This document shows, in pieces, positions 15,175 through 24,046 of a stretch of 43,866 bases of DNA. The notes below the pieces were generated by a model that made no database searches, was not told where the DNA came from, and saw nothing but the letters and a program-made list of their open reading frames with translations. The stretch lies in IMG/VR virus record IMGVR_UViG_3300045988_069725, positions 1 to 43,866 of that record. One strand, 5' to 3'. The stretch is from a virus. The translations under genes and the position numbers were made by a program. Position 1 is the first letter of the stretch. Every line of letters begins with the position of its first letter.

Positions 15175-16576
15175 AAAAATACAGAAACTAAAAACTAAGA
15201 TTGAGCAGATGAAAGGAAAGAGAAAACGGCCCGCTGGTACTTTGACATTCCAATTCAAGCCTTTTTCGGATAAGCAGAAACAGGTGTTGACATGGTGGTG
15301 TCCTGATTCACCGGTCAAGGATATGGATGGAATTATTGCGGATGGAGCAATCAGATCAGGAAAAACCGTCTGTATGTCTCTATCATTTGTCATGTGGGCA
15401 ATGGAAAATTTTAGTGGACAGAATTTTGGTATGTGCGGCAAGACCATCGGCAGTTTTCGGCGTAATGTAGCGTTCTGGCTGAAACTGATGCTAAAATCAA
15501 GAGGTTATGCAGTATCAGATCATCGAGCTGATAATCTTATGATTGTGTCAAAATACGGTGTTGAAAACTATTTTTACATTTTTGGTGGAAAAGATGAGCG
15601 ATCACAAGACCTCATTCAAGGTATTACACTTGCTGGGGTTTTTTTTGATGAAGTAGCCTTGATGCCGGAATCTTTTGTTAATCAGGCCACAGGACGTTGT
15701 TCTGTGGATGGCAGTAAATACTGGTTCAATTGCAACCCAGACGGACCGTATCACTGGTTTAAGCTTAAGTGGATAGATAGATCTGCCGGATACCTGGGAA
15801 AAGAAAGAGCTGCAGAGCTTCAAGCAAAAGGAGAGGCGCTCAAGCAACTCCTATATCTTCATTTTACTATGGATGATAACTTGAGCCTGTCTGAAAAGAT
15901 TAAAGCCAGGTACCGGAGCATGTATACAGGGGTATTCTACAAACGGTATATTATGGGGCTATGGGCAATGGCGGAGGGCATTATTTATGATATGTTTTCC
16001 GAAGAGAAACACGTCAAACCAATAAGAGATTTTTTTCAGCGGCTTATTAATACCAATAGATACGTCAGTATTGATTACGGTACCCAGAATGCAACAGTTT
16101 TTTTGCTATGGAATAAGGGTGTAGACGGCAAGTGGTATTGTATCCGTGAATACTACTACTCAGGTCGGGATAAGGGTGTACAGAAGACAGATGCAGAGTA
16201 TGCGGATGACCTGTCTGAATGGTTAGAAGATACTAAGGTTAAAGCAGTTATTGTTGACCCTTCGGCGGCTTCATTTATCGCAGAATTGCGAAAAAGAGGG
16301 TATAGCGTTTTAAAGGCCAAGAATGATGTCGAAGACGGTATTCGCCTGGTAGGAACACTCCTGAACAGAGAGAAGATTATGTTCAGTTCTTCCTGTGTCA
16401 ATACGATTATGGAGTTCGCTTCCTATATCTGGGACGAAAAGGCGGCTGAACGTGGCGAAGACGCACCAATCAAGCAGCATGACCATGCAATGGACGCTGT
16501 GAGGTATTTCTGCTATCTGATTCTTAATAATAATGTAGCGAAAATCAGGAACAAGGCGAAAGCTGGATTTCATTAG
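15158..16576 (+). CDS. terL: Terminase large subunit (PBSX/headful-type)
   Basis: Walker A DGAIRSGKT, Walker B-like GVFFDEV, and nuclease-domain acidic residues (IDYG..., VDPS, HAMDAVRY). Alternative ATG starts at 15161 and 15167. Confidence 0.9.
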   Translation: MMRMYEKIQKLKTKIEQMKGKRKRPAGTLTFQFKPFSDKQKQVLTWWCPDSPVKDMDGIIADGAIRSGKTVCMSLSFVMWAMENFSGQNFGMCGKTIGSFRRNVAFWLKLMLKSRGYAVSDHRADNLMIVSKYGVENYFYIFGGKDERSQDLIQGITLAGVFFDEVALMPESFVNQATGRCSVDGSKYWFNCNPDGPYHWFKLKWIDRSAGYLGKERAAELQAKGEALKQLLYLHFTMDDNLSLSEKIKARYRSMYTGVFYKRYIMGLWAMAEGIIYDMFSEEKHVKPIRDFFQRLINTNRYVSIDYGTQNATVFLLWNKGVDGKWYCIREYYYSGRDKGVQKTDAEYADDLSEWLEDTKVKAVIVDPSAASFIAELRKRGYSVLKAKNDVEDGIRLVGTLLNREKIMFSSSCVNTIMEFASYIWDEKAAERGEDAPIKQHDHAMDAVRYFCYLILNNNVAKIRNKAKAGFH

Positions 16577-16588
16577 GAGGTGATAGTT

Positions 16589-18001
16589 ATGCGTGTATTT
16601 ACAATGCCTGCAGAAAAATGGGACGAACGCAACCCCGACAAGCAGGCTATTTTACATTTGATTCAGAAACATGTTTCCGGCGTAAAGCGGTTAATGCAGC
16701 TAAAAAAGTATTACGAAGGGAAGCACAAAATACTGGATGATACAGAAAGAGAAAATAAGCTGGTGTGCAATCATGCAAAGGACATCAGCGATACGGCCAG
16801 CAGTTATTTTATCGGTAACCCGGTGACATATAAAAGCAAGGGTGATATTACTATACTCACAGATACTTTGGAGACGGCTGGAGCTGATGAAGCTGACGGA
16901 GACAACGGTCTTGACCTCTCTATTTATGGCCGGGCCTATGAGTACATTTACACAAAACAGAATGAGACAGATTTGACTATCAAGAATCTTTCGCCAGAAA
17001 ATACCTTTATGGTTTACGATGACAGCATAGAACAAAATGAGCTCTTTGCTGTCTATTATTATGTCCGTAAAGATGATACAGATAAGACCAATCCAGTCTA
17101 TGTGGCTACAGTACTAACGAAAAACTATAAGTATGTACTGAACATCCAAAGTATAGATGGGCCACAAGCGTTACTTGAAAATCCGGAGGGGCATTTTAAG
17201 GGTGAAATACCAATAATAGAATATCTAAACAATAAACTGGCCATCGGAGACTATGAGTTACAGATACCACTCATTGATGCTTATAATGCCTTGATGAGTG
17301 ACCGTATTACTGATAAGGAGCAATTTATTGATTCGGTACTTGCCATTTATGGGGCACTGCTGTCGGATGAGGACGCAGAAGAAGGCGACGGCAAAGGTAG
17401 CCAGGAAGCAATGAAAAAGCTGAAAAAAGAGGGGATGGTAGAATTTCCGGAGGGTGCTAAGGCGGAGTATCTGACCCGAACCTTTGATGAGGCGGGAGTG
17501 GAAATCTTGAAGAAGGCCATAGAGCAGGATATTCACAAGTTTTCTCACATTCCCTGCATGACAGACGAAAGCTTTGGCGGTAACGTCTCAGGAGTGGCAA
17601 TGGAGTTTAAACTGCTGGGTATGGAAAATATCACTAAAATCAAAACTAGGTACTATAAAAAGGGCCTGAGAAAAAGGCTGCGAATATTTTCCACCTTTTT
17701 GAATACACGATCCGGCGTCCGGATTGATGTTTCTGGAATCACACCTACTTTCACACGGGCAATGCCTAAAAACCTCTTGGAAATATCCCAGATTGTAGCC
17801 AACCTCTGGGGAAAGGTAGGTAAAAAGACACTGCTGTCACAGATTCCTTTTGTTGAGGATCCAGACGAAGAACTGAAAACGGTAGAAAAAGAGGCTGAGG
17901 AGGCTTTGAAGCAGCAACAGCAGATGTTTGTACAAAACACACCCCCACCGGATGATGAAGGGGATCCGCCAGACAAAAAGAAGGATGAAATAAATGAGTA
18001 A
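16589..18001 (+). CDS. Portal protein (SPP1 gp6-like)
   Basis: Position after terL and a size of about 470 aa. TAGGAGG lies 8 nt upstream of the ATG at 16589. Acidic C-terminus. Confidence 0.85.
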   Translation: MRVFTMPAEKWDERNPDKQAILHLIQKHVSGVKRLMQLKKYYEGKHKILDDTERENKLVCNHAKDISDTASSYFIGNPVTYKSKGDITILTDTLETAGADEADGDNGLDLSIYGRAYEYIYTKQNETDLTIKNLSPENTFMVYDDSIEQNELFAVYYYVRKDDTDKTNPVYVATVLTKNYKYVLNIQSIDGPQALLENPEGHFKGEIPIIEYLNNKLAIGDYELQIPLIDAYNALMSDRITDKEQFIDSVLAIYGALLSDEDAEEGDGKGSQEAMKKLKKEGMVEFPEGAKAEYLTRTFDEAGVEILKKAIEQDIHKFSHIPCMTDESFGGNVSGVAMEFKLLGMENITKIKTRYYKKGLRKRLRIFSTFLNTRSGVRIDVSGITPTFTRAMPKNLLEISQIVANLWGKVGKKTLLSQIPFVEDPDEELKTVEKEAEEALKQQQQMFVQNTPPPDDEGDPPDKKKDEINE

Positions 18002-19535
18002 GCTGTCATACTGGGAACGCCGGCAGGTAGAGGATACATACCGGTACTTTCGGGAGGCGGAGGTCACAGCTGATCAGATATCGAAAGTGTACCTGAAAGC
18101 ATCCAGATATCTCTCAATGAAATCCGACGAAGTTTTTGAGAGGTATCAAACAAAGCATAGGTTGTCGGAAGCTAAGGCAAGACAGCTTATAAACACGATG
18201 CAGGACAAGGCTTCATTGGATGAGCTTCTACAAAAGCTCAGGAATGGTGATGAGTCTAAAAAAGAACTGCTGGCAAAGCTTGAGGCTCCGGCATATCAGG
18301 CAAGACTGGAAAGGATGCGGCAGCTGCAGAACCAGCTTGATTTAATGATGCGTACTGTCTACCAGCAGGAAAAAGACATCAGTACAAATTTCTATACAGA
18401 CCTTGGAAATGAGTCTTATTACCGTCAGATATACAATACTCAGCAGAGAGCAGGTGTTGCCTTTAGCTTCGGTCATTTAAGCGCGGAGGTTGTCGACAGG
18501 GTATTGCACAGTAAATGGTCTGGCAAAAATTACTCATCCCGTATTTGGGATAACACACAGGCCCTGGCGCAGAATGTAAAGGAAGAACTGCTAATCAATC
18601 TGGTAACTGGACGAACCAACCGTGAGACTGCGGAGGTTATAGCAAATAAGTTTGGGCAGGGGGCGTACAATGCCAGGCGTTTGGTATGGACAGAATCTTC
18701 TTTCGTCGCTTCCGAGATGAATTTTAAGGCGTACGAAGAATGCGGGATAGAAATGTATCGATACCTAGCGACACTTGATTTAAGGACATCCGCTATATGC
18801 CGCAGCCTGGATGGCAAAGTGTTTCCAGTCAAGGAGCGTAAAATAGGAGTAAATTGCAACCCTATGCATCCGTGGTGTCGGTCCACTACAATCTCTCAAG
18901 TGGATGAGGAGATATTGAAAAGGTGGCCCCGTTCAGCAATTGACCCTGAGACCGGTAAGGAAATTAAAGTACCAGGGGATATGACCTATGAGCAATGGTA
19001 TGAAAAATACGTAGCAGGCAATCCTAAGGCACAACTGGAAGAGAAGAAAATCAAAAATATGTCTTCCGACAGGGCACAGCACAAGCGGTACAGAGAAATC
19101 CTGGGTGATAATATACCGAAGTCCTTTGTAAAATTCCAGGAAATGAAGTATAATAATACTGAGAAATGGAATTCACTGCATATAAAGTATTTGGATACAA
19201 ACCTAAAGACTAAAATCCGCTCAGATGCCACGAATAAGTTAATCGAACCGGGCAAACAAGGAAAACACATTGTAGGTCACAATAACTATGCAAAAGGACG
19301 AAGCTATCTTACGATATCATTGGAGGACGCACAGCAGTTGGTTAATAAGTATGCAGGCACAGGAGAAATTAAAAGAGATAGATTTGGAAAATGGACAAAT
19401 AAAGAATTTGTGTCAGCAGATAAGAACATTGGAGTTGTGGTAGATCCGCAGACAGGAGAAGAGTTCGTTACATCACGGTTCTCAATTCATTATTCAAAAA
19501 ATGGTACGCATATAGTACCAAGAAAGGGTGGGTGA
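17994..19535 (+). CDS. Minor head protein (SPP1 gp7 / Mu F family) fused to a C-terminal polymorphic-toxin-like domain
   Basis: MuF core RRLVWTESSFVASEM...LDLRTSAICRSLDGKVF...NPMHPWCRSTT. The C-terminal 100 aa or so, EPGKQGKHIVGHNNYAKGRSYLT...IHYSKNGTHIVPRK, resembles toxin-type-50-like modules. Confidence 0.7.
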   Translation: MSKLSYWERRQVEDTYRYFREAEVTADQISKVYLKASRYLSMKSDEVFERYQTKHRLSEAKARQLINTMQDKASLDELLQKLRNGDESKKELLAKLEAPAYQARLERMRQLQNQLDLMMRTVYQQEKDISTNFYTDLGNESYYRQIYNTQQRAGVAFSFGHLSAEVVDRVLHSKWSGKNYSSRIWDNTQALAQNVKEELLINLVTGRTNRETAEVIANKFGQGAYNARRLVWTESSFVASEMNFKAYEECGIEMYRYLATLDLRTSAICRSLDGKVFPVKERKIGVNCNPMHPWCRSTTISQVDEEILKRWPRSAIDPETGKEIKVPGDMTYEQWYEKYVAGNPKAQLEEKKIKNMSSDRAQHKRYREILGDNIPKSFVKFQEMKYNNTEKWNSLHIKYLDTNLKTKIRSDATNKLIEPGKQGKHIVGHNNYAKGRSYLTISLEDAQQLVNKYAGTGEIKRDRFGKWTNKEFVSADKNIGVVVDPQTGEEFVTSRFSIHYSKNGTHIVPRKGG

Positions 19536-19536
19536 G

Positions 19537-19776
19537 ATGTTAGAAGGAAAAGAATTTGTAATGTATAAAGCAGAAAATAAAAATATTAAAGTAACTCTGA
19601 CAGACGGAGAAATCCTGGAAGGTTACTGCAAAGAGTTTTCAAGTGCATATGACAATGACCCAGAAGAAGCAAGTATTACTCTTGAAAATCCGGTACAGGT
19701 AAAGACAAGCAAAAGGCTGTATCCAATGACTGAAATTATGGAACATGAGATTGATAGAATTGAATACATGGATTAA
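19537..19776 (+). CDS. Small acidic protein, candidate immunity partner of the MuF toxin domain
   Basis: It starts 2 nt after the MuF stop codon (the alternative GTG start at 19528 would overlap it by 8 nt). 79 aa. Followed directly by a terminator. Confidence 0.4.
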   Translation: MLEGKEFVMYKAENKNIKVTLTDGEILEGYCKEFSSAYDNDPEEASITLENPVQVKTSKRLYPMTEIMEHEIDRIEYMD

Positions 19777-19810
19777 TACCATCCGTCAGAAATGGCAGGT
19801 GGTATTTTTA
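19776..19810 (+). terminator. Intrinsic terminator after the MuF/immunity pair
   Basis: ATACCATCCGTC-agaaat-GGCAGGTGGTAT followed by TTTT. Confidence 0.6.
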
Positions 19811-19892
19811 TACTCTTAAAAGGAGGTGAGGAAAGTGGGATGCAAAAAGGGCGGTAAAAAAGGCAAGGGAAAATAAGAAGGGAGAGTAGGAA

Positions 19893-20045
19893 ATGAAGGT
19901 AAGAGTCATTAAAAGATTTAACGACCGACACACGCGGGAAAGAAGAGAGGAAAACAAGGTTTATGAATATCCGGAAGAGAGGGCAAAGGAGCTTGAAGCA
20001 TCCGGATATGTGCAAATTGTAACCGCTGACCCGAAACGCAAGTAA
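19893..20045 (+). CDS. Small basic hypothetical protein (50 aa)
   Basis: GGGAGAGTAGGAA then ATG. MKVRVIKRFNDRHTRERREENKVYEYPEERAKELEASGYVQIV... Confidence 0.45.
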   Translation: MKVRVIKRFNDRHTRERREENKVYEYPEERAKELEASGYVQIVTADPKRK

Positions 20046-20090
20046 GGAGGTGGTCCCTCATCTCCCTTTGGGCGGCAGGGTGACGCAGCT
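20044..20090 (+). promoter_or_regulatory. Conserved late-region motif, copy A (AAGGAGGTGGTCC...ATCTCCCTTTGGG...GGGTGA)
   Basis: Shares a 13/13 core plus flanking similarity with 40028-40080. A weaker copy lies at 14241-14270. Confidence 0.35.
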
Positions 20091-20107
20091 CATACACGAC
20101 ACAGTTT

Positions 20108-20136
20108 TTGACACGCAGGATAATCCTGGGTGTTAT
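20108..20136 (+). promoter_or_regulatory. Sigma-70-like promoter upstream of the scaffold/capsid genes
   Basis: TTGACA (20108-20113), 17 nt, TGTTAT (20131-20136). Confidence 0.35.
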
Positions 20137-20226
20137 TTTTATGCTCCGAAATGAGCTTAAACTATACAACCCAGAACGAATGGCCCGGGCGCATGTGCGA
20201 ATAGGCTGGGCGGAAAGGAAAAGAAA

Positions 20227-20880
20227 ATGATTAAAAAATATATGTTTGGAAGATGTAAAATCCCTATGAATTTGCAGATATTTGCGGATGACGGAGGAGA
20301 CGGCGGCGGGGCCGGGAGTGATGGCAATGACGGCGGAGCCGGAGGGGAAGAAGGAACTGGAGGAGATGGCGCCGGGGGTGACGGAGGTACGGAACCGCCC
20401 TCTTTTGATGACTTGCTGAAAAGCGGCCACCAGGCAGAGTTTGACCGTAGGGTACAGCAAGCTATCAATACTGCGCTTACGAATGCGCAGGAGAAGTGGC
20501 AGGCGCTTACGGATGATAAGCTGTCAGAAGCCGAGAAGCTGGCGAAAATGACAAAGGAAGAAAAGTCTGAGTACCTGCGTCAAAAGCAGGAAAAGGAGCT
20601 TGCGGCAAGAGAAGCAGCAATTACCAGAAAAGAATTGATGGCTGAGGCAAAGAACACATTGGCCGAAAAGAAACTTCCTGCAGGGCTTGCGGGGGTATTA
20701 AATTACGCGGATGCGGATTCCTGCAACAAATCTATTGCGGCAGTGGAAAAGGCATTTCAGGAGGCCGTAGAATCGGCGGTGCAGGATCGGCTGAAAGGCG
20801 GTACACCTCCGAAAAAAGCGCCGGAAGGAACAGACGCCGAACTGGCAAAACAGGTGGAAGCTCTCATGATGGGAGCATAA
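20227..20880 (+). CDS. Head scaffolding protein (DUF4355-like)
   Basis: The MNLQIFA motif near the N-terminus suggests an alternative start at 20266. There is a G/D-rich low-complexity tract and then a helical K/E-rich region. It lies directly before the capsid gene. Confidence 0.75.
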   Translation: MIKKYMFGRCKIPMNLQIFADDGGDGGGAGSDGNDGGAGGEEGTGGDGAGGDGGTEPPSFDDLLKSGHQAEFDRRVQQAINTALTNAQEKWQALTDDKLSEAEKLAKMTKEEKSEYLRQKQEKELAAREAAITRKELMAEAKNTLAEKKLPAGLAGVLNYADADSCNKSIAAVEKAFQEAVESAVQDRLKGGTPPKKAPEGTDAELAKQVEALMMGA

Positions 20881-20902
20881 TAAGAAAGGAAAGGTGAATT
20901 AG

Positions 20903-21835
20903 ATGCCAATTAATACATTAGCAACAGCAACACTATTTCAGAACACATTGGATAAAGTAGCAATTCAGGACGCAGTAACCGGCTGGATGGATGCCAATGC
21001 CGGGCAGGTAATCTATAACGGCGGCGCGGAGGTCAAGATTCCGAAAATGTCTGTACAGGGCATGGGAGATTATGACCGTGACAATGGATATCAGCAGGGC
21101 GGGGTAACCCTGGAGTATGAAACCAGAAGAATGACGCAAGACAGAGGACGTAAGTTCCAGCTCGATCCAATCGACATCAATGAAAACAATTTTGTGACCA
21201 CGGCGGCTGCAGTTATGGGCGAGTTCCAGAGAATGCATGTGACACCAGAGATTGACGCCTACCGTATCTCTAAAATTGCCACAGAGACTATTACGGCAAA
21301 TAAGGCTGGTATGGTTGAGTACGGATATACGCCAGGTGCAACCGGAACATCTACCCTGCGTAAAATGAAGGAGGGCATTAAGGCAATAAGGGAACTGTAC
21401 AACGGTCCATTGGTATGCCACGCAACTCCGGACTTTATTATGGAACTTGAATTGGAACTGGCAGGGAAAATTACAACAGCAACTTTTTCTAAAGGCGGAA
21501 TTGATACAGCAGTTCCTGCTGTAGACGGTGTTCCGATTGTGTCTACTCCGTCCAATCGGATGTACACAGCCATTACAATTCGTGATGGAAAAACGTCCGG
21601 TCAGGAGCAGGGAGGCTATGCGAAAGGGACAACCGCAAAAGATATTAACTTCTTTATCTGTCCGAGAACAACACCTATCGCAATTACAAAGCAGGACATT
21701 ATGAGAATCTTCGATCCAACCATCAACCAGAAACTGAATGCGTGGCAGATGGATTACAGACGGTTCCATGACATCTGGGTGCTGGACAATAAGCTGGATT
21801 CCATCTTCCTCAACATCAAGGATGCAAAGGAGTAA
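20903..21835 (+). CDS. Major capsid protein
   Basis: Position after the scaffold gene and a size of 310 aa. GGAAAGG RBS. Confidence 0.8.
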   Translation: MPINTLATATLFQNTLDKVAIQDAVTGWMDANAGQVIYNGGAEVKIPKMSVQGMGDYDRDNGYQQGGVTLEYETRRMTQDRGRKFQLDPIDINENNFVTTAAAVMGEFQRMHVTPEIDAYRISKIATETITANKAGMVEYGYTPGATGTSTLRKMKEGIKAIRELYNGPLVCHATPDFIMELELELAGKITTATFSKGGIDTAVPAVDGVPIVSTPSNRMYTAITIRDGKTSGQEQGGYAKGTTAKDINFFICPRTTPIAITKQDIMRIFDPTINQKLNAWQMDYRRFHDIWVLDNKLDSIFLNIKDAKE

Positions 21836-21839
21836 TACT

Positions 21840-22070
21840 ATGAGGTTAAAAAAGGATAATGTAGAAAGAGTAGTTGACACTGAGGCAAGAGTAGAAAAAT
21901 TCATGGCCCAGGGATTTAAATGCATTGATGGAATGCAGGAGCAGGCACAGACCCCTCAGGACCTTGCTGCCATGAATGTACCAGAGTTAAAGGCCCTGGC
22001 GAAAGAAAGAGGGGTAGAGGGATACTCCAGCCTGAACAAGGAGGAGCTGCTGGCCGTATTGAAAGGGTGA
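21840..22070 (+). CDS. Rho_N (SAP-like) domain protein in the head module
   Basis: MNVPELKALAKERGVEGYSSLNKEELLAVLKG is a Rho N-terminal/SAP-like motif. The ATG at 21840 is chosen because the ORF-track start at 21738 lies inside the capsid gene. Confidence 0.6.
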   Translation: MRLKKDNVERVVDTEARVEKFMAQGFKCIDGMQEQAQTPQDLAAMNVPELKALAKERGVEGYSSLNKEELLAVLKG

Positions 22071-22411
22071 TCAGCATGACAGATGTAGAAAAACTGAAAA
22101 AACTGACAGGGGAGAGCGACGAAGAATTGCTCTCTCTTTTGTTGGAGGAATCAGAAGCTTATGTTTTGTCTTATACAAACCGGTCAAGGCTCGTTCCTGG
22201 ACTGGAAAAGACGGTCAGGGACCTTGCTATAGTCGCCCTGAACCGGATGGGCACGGAGGGGGAGACTGGACGGAGTGAAGCAGGAGAAAGCTATAGCTTT
22301 GAGGCTGCCCCCAAACAAATCTATGATGTACTGAACCGGTATCGTCTGGCAAGGATAGGAGGCAGGGCGCATGAGGCTAAAACGAAGCAGAGTGAAGAAG
22401 TATTACCATAA
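22067..22411 (+). CDS. Head-tail connector protein (gp6-like)
   Basis: VEKLKKLTGESDEELLSLLLEESEAYVLSYTNR is typical of the Phage_connect_1 family. Alternative ATG at 22076. Confidence 0.65.
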   Translation: MISMTDVEKLKKLTGESDEELLSLLLEESEAYVLSYTNRSRLVPGLEKTVRDLAIVALNRMGTEGETGRSEAGESYSFEAAPKQIYDVLNRYRLARIGGRAHEAKTKQSEEVLP

Positions 22412-22745
22412 AACAAGGACAATGGGAAAAGACAGTGAGGGCAGCACTTATGATGTATATGGAGCGCCTGCAGCGTTTTCAGGAGAGGTATGGCCTGCAT
22501 CCGGAAAGGTACAGGCGGAAATGTATGGAGAGAAGTTGTCTTATATTCGGAATGTGAGAATACAAGGAAAGTATGTCATAACTACTGACCGGAAAAACCA
22601 GCTGCATTATGTGTTCCCGGATGGCCTGGACATCACAGAGTCTGACGGGCTGTGCCTGTATGTCCCCCAGGAGGCAGAACCGGATTACCGGGTTATCTCC
22701 ATTAAACCGTATACCCCTCTTAGATTGGAGGCGGAGAAACTATGA
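22371..22745 (+). CDS. Head closure / head-tail adaptor protein
   Basis: Position and size. Overlaps its neighbours in the connector cluster. Confidence 0.5.
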   Translation: MRLKRSRVKKYYHKTRTMGKDSEGSTYDVYGAPAAFSGEVWPASGKVQAEMYGEKLSYIRNVRIQGKYVITTDRKNQLHYVFPDGLDITESDGLCLYVPQEAEPDYRVISIKPYTPLRLEAEKL

Positions 22746-23245
22746 TCATAGGGAAGCTGGGGTTAGATAAACGTTTTGACAAAATGTCAAAGGTTGACCT
22801 TCGAAAGGGAGTAGAAAAAGGGATATCTTACGTACAAAGCGCTGCTAAACTAGGCTGCCCTTCAAATACTGGCGAGCTTAGAAACTCCATTATGACGTCT
22901 ATCGAGACGGAGGGAGAGGCGGTAGCTGGTGTCTGTTGGTCAGCATCGGAATATGGCATGTATGTTGAATTTGGAACCGGACCTGTTGGTCAGGTCAATC
23001 ACGAAGGAATATCCCCGGATATTGCGGTTTCGTACAGCCAGAAAGGCTGGATGATACCAGGGAAAGCAATGGACAGGACCTATGCGGAAAGCAAAGGGCT
23101 GGGAGTTGTGGAAGGAAAAGAAGGTGAGGTCATCGGTTATCTGACAAACGGACAGCCAGCAAGACCGTACCTTTATCCTGCACTTAAAAATAATGAAAAG
23201 GAAATAATTGATATGATTGCCCGGGAGGTGAAAAGCCAGCTATGA
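22742..23245 (+). CDS. HK97 gp10-family tail-completion/neck protein
   Basis: TGELRNSI...YGMYVEFGTG motif. Confidence 0.65.
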   Translation: MIIGKLGLDKRFDKMSKVDLRKGVEKGISYVQSAAKLGCPSNTGELRNSIMTSIETEGEAVAGVCWSASEYGMYVEFGTGPVGQVNHEGISPDIAVSYSQKGWMIPGKAMDRTYAESKGLGVVEGKEGEVIGYLTNGQPARPYLYPALKNNEKEIIDMIAREVKSQL

Positions 23246-23601
23246 AAAATATTAAGGATGAAATTTTTAGCACCTTAAGCAAGGTCTTTGTAAATGTCTC
23301 CGACCAGTACCCCAGAGATTGGGCAGAACTTCCGGCTCTGCAGTATACAGAGGAAGAAAATAAGGTATATGAGCATACCGACGAAGGGGAAACAAAGTCT
23401 TATGTGAGATTCCGAATAGACATCTGGCATAACCGGTCAACCTCTGAGGCAGCACTGCAGGTGGATGAGGTTTTGTCTGCCTTTGGCTTAGTGAGAACGC
23501 TCTGTCAGGACGCCCCGGACCCATCCGGGCTGAAGCATAAAGTAATGAGATATGAGGCCATTATTGATATGGAAAATGACTATATCTACTGGCCAGACTA
23601 A
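23242..23601 (+). CDS. Tail terminator / tail completion protein
   Basis: Position immediately before the major tail protein gene. ATGA overlap. Confidence 0.45.
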   Translation: MKNIKDEIFSTLSKVFVNVSDQYPRDWAELPALQYTEEENKVYEHTDEGETKSYVRFRIDIWHNRSTSEAALQVDEVLSAFGLVRTLCQDAPDPSGLKHKVMRYEAIIDMENDYIYWPD

Positions 23602-23620
23602 AAAAAAGGAGAGTGAAAGC

Positions 23621-24031
23621 ATGTTAGCAAATGGAGCAAAATTAGGGTTTAAGAAAAGCGGCGGTTCCACCTACACAGACCTTCCGGGACTGAAAGAGAT
23701 ACCTGATCTTGGTGTAGAACCAGAAAAAGTAGAAAATACCTGTCTTACGGACCCAAACAAAATGTATGAGATGGGTATTGGCGATCTGCCGGAAATGACC
23801 TATAAATTTAAGTATGAAAATAAAGGTACAGCTTCTCCATACCGCGTCATGAGAGAGGCACAGAAAACGGGGGAAGTACTGTCTTTTCAGGAAACACTGA
23901 AAGATGGAACTACGACCGAATTTGATGCGCAGGTAAGTGTAAAGAGAACCGGGGCGGGGGTAAACGGAGCAATTGAATTCGACCTTACAATGATTGTACA
24001 GAGTGATCTTACCTATACAGACCCGGAATAA
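23621..24031 (+). CDS. Major tail (tube) protein
   Basis: AAGGAGAG RBS then ATG at 23621. 136 aa. It precedes the chaperone pair and tape measure gene. Confidence 0.7.
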   Translation: MLANGAKLGFKKSGGSTYTDLPGLKEIPDLGVEPEKVENTCLTDPNKMYEMGIGDLPEMTYKFKYENKGTASPYRVMREAQKTGEVLSFQETLKDGTTTEFDAQVSVKRTGAGVNGAIEFDLTMIVQSDLTYTDPE

Positions 24032-24046
24032 GGGAGGAGATAAACA

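Noticed and set aside
20933-21925. 330-aa ORF antisense to the whole major capsid gene
   Set aside because: It has no RBS, and its composition is Cys/Ser/Leu/Arg-rich and low-complexity, typical of a shadow frame. It is fully embedded opposite a well-supported structural gene. It is still notable as an unusually long stop-free antisense frame.
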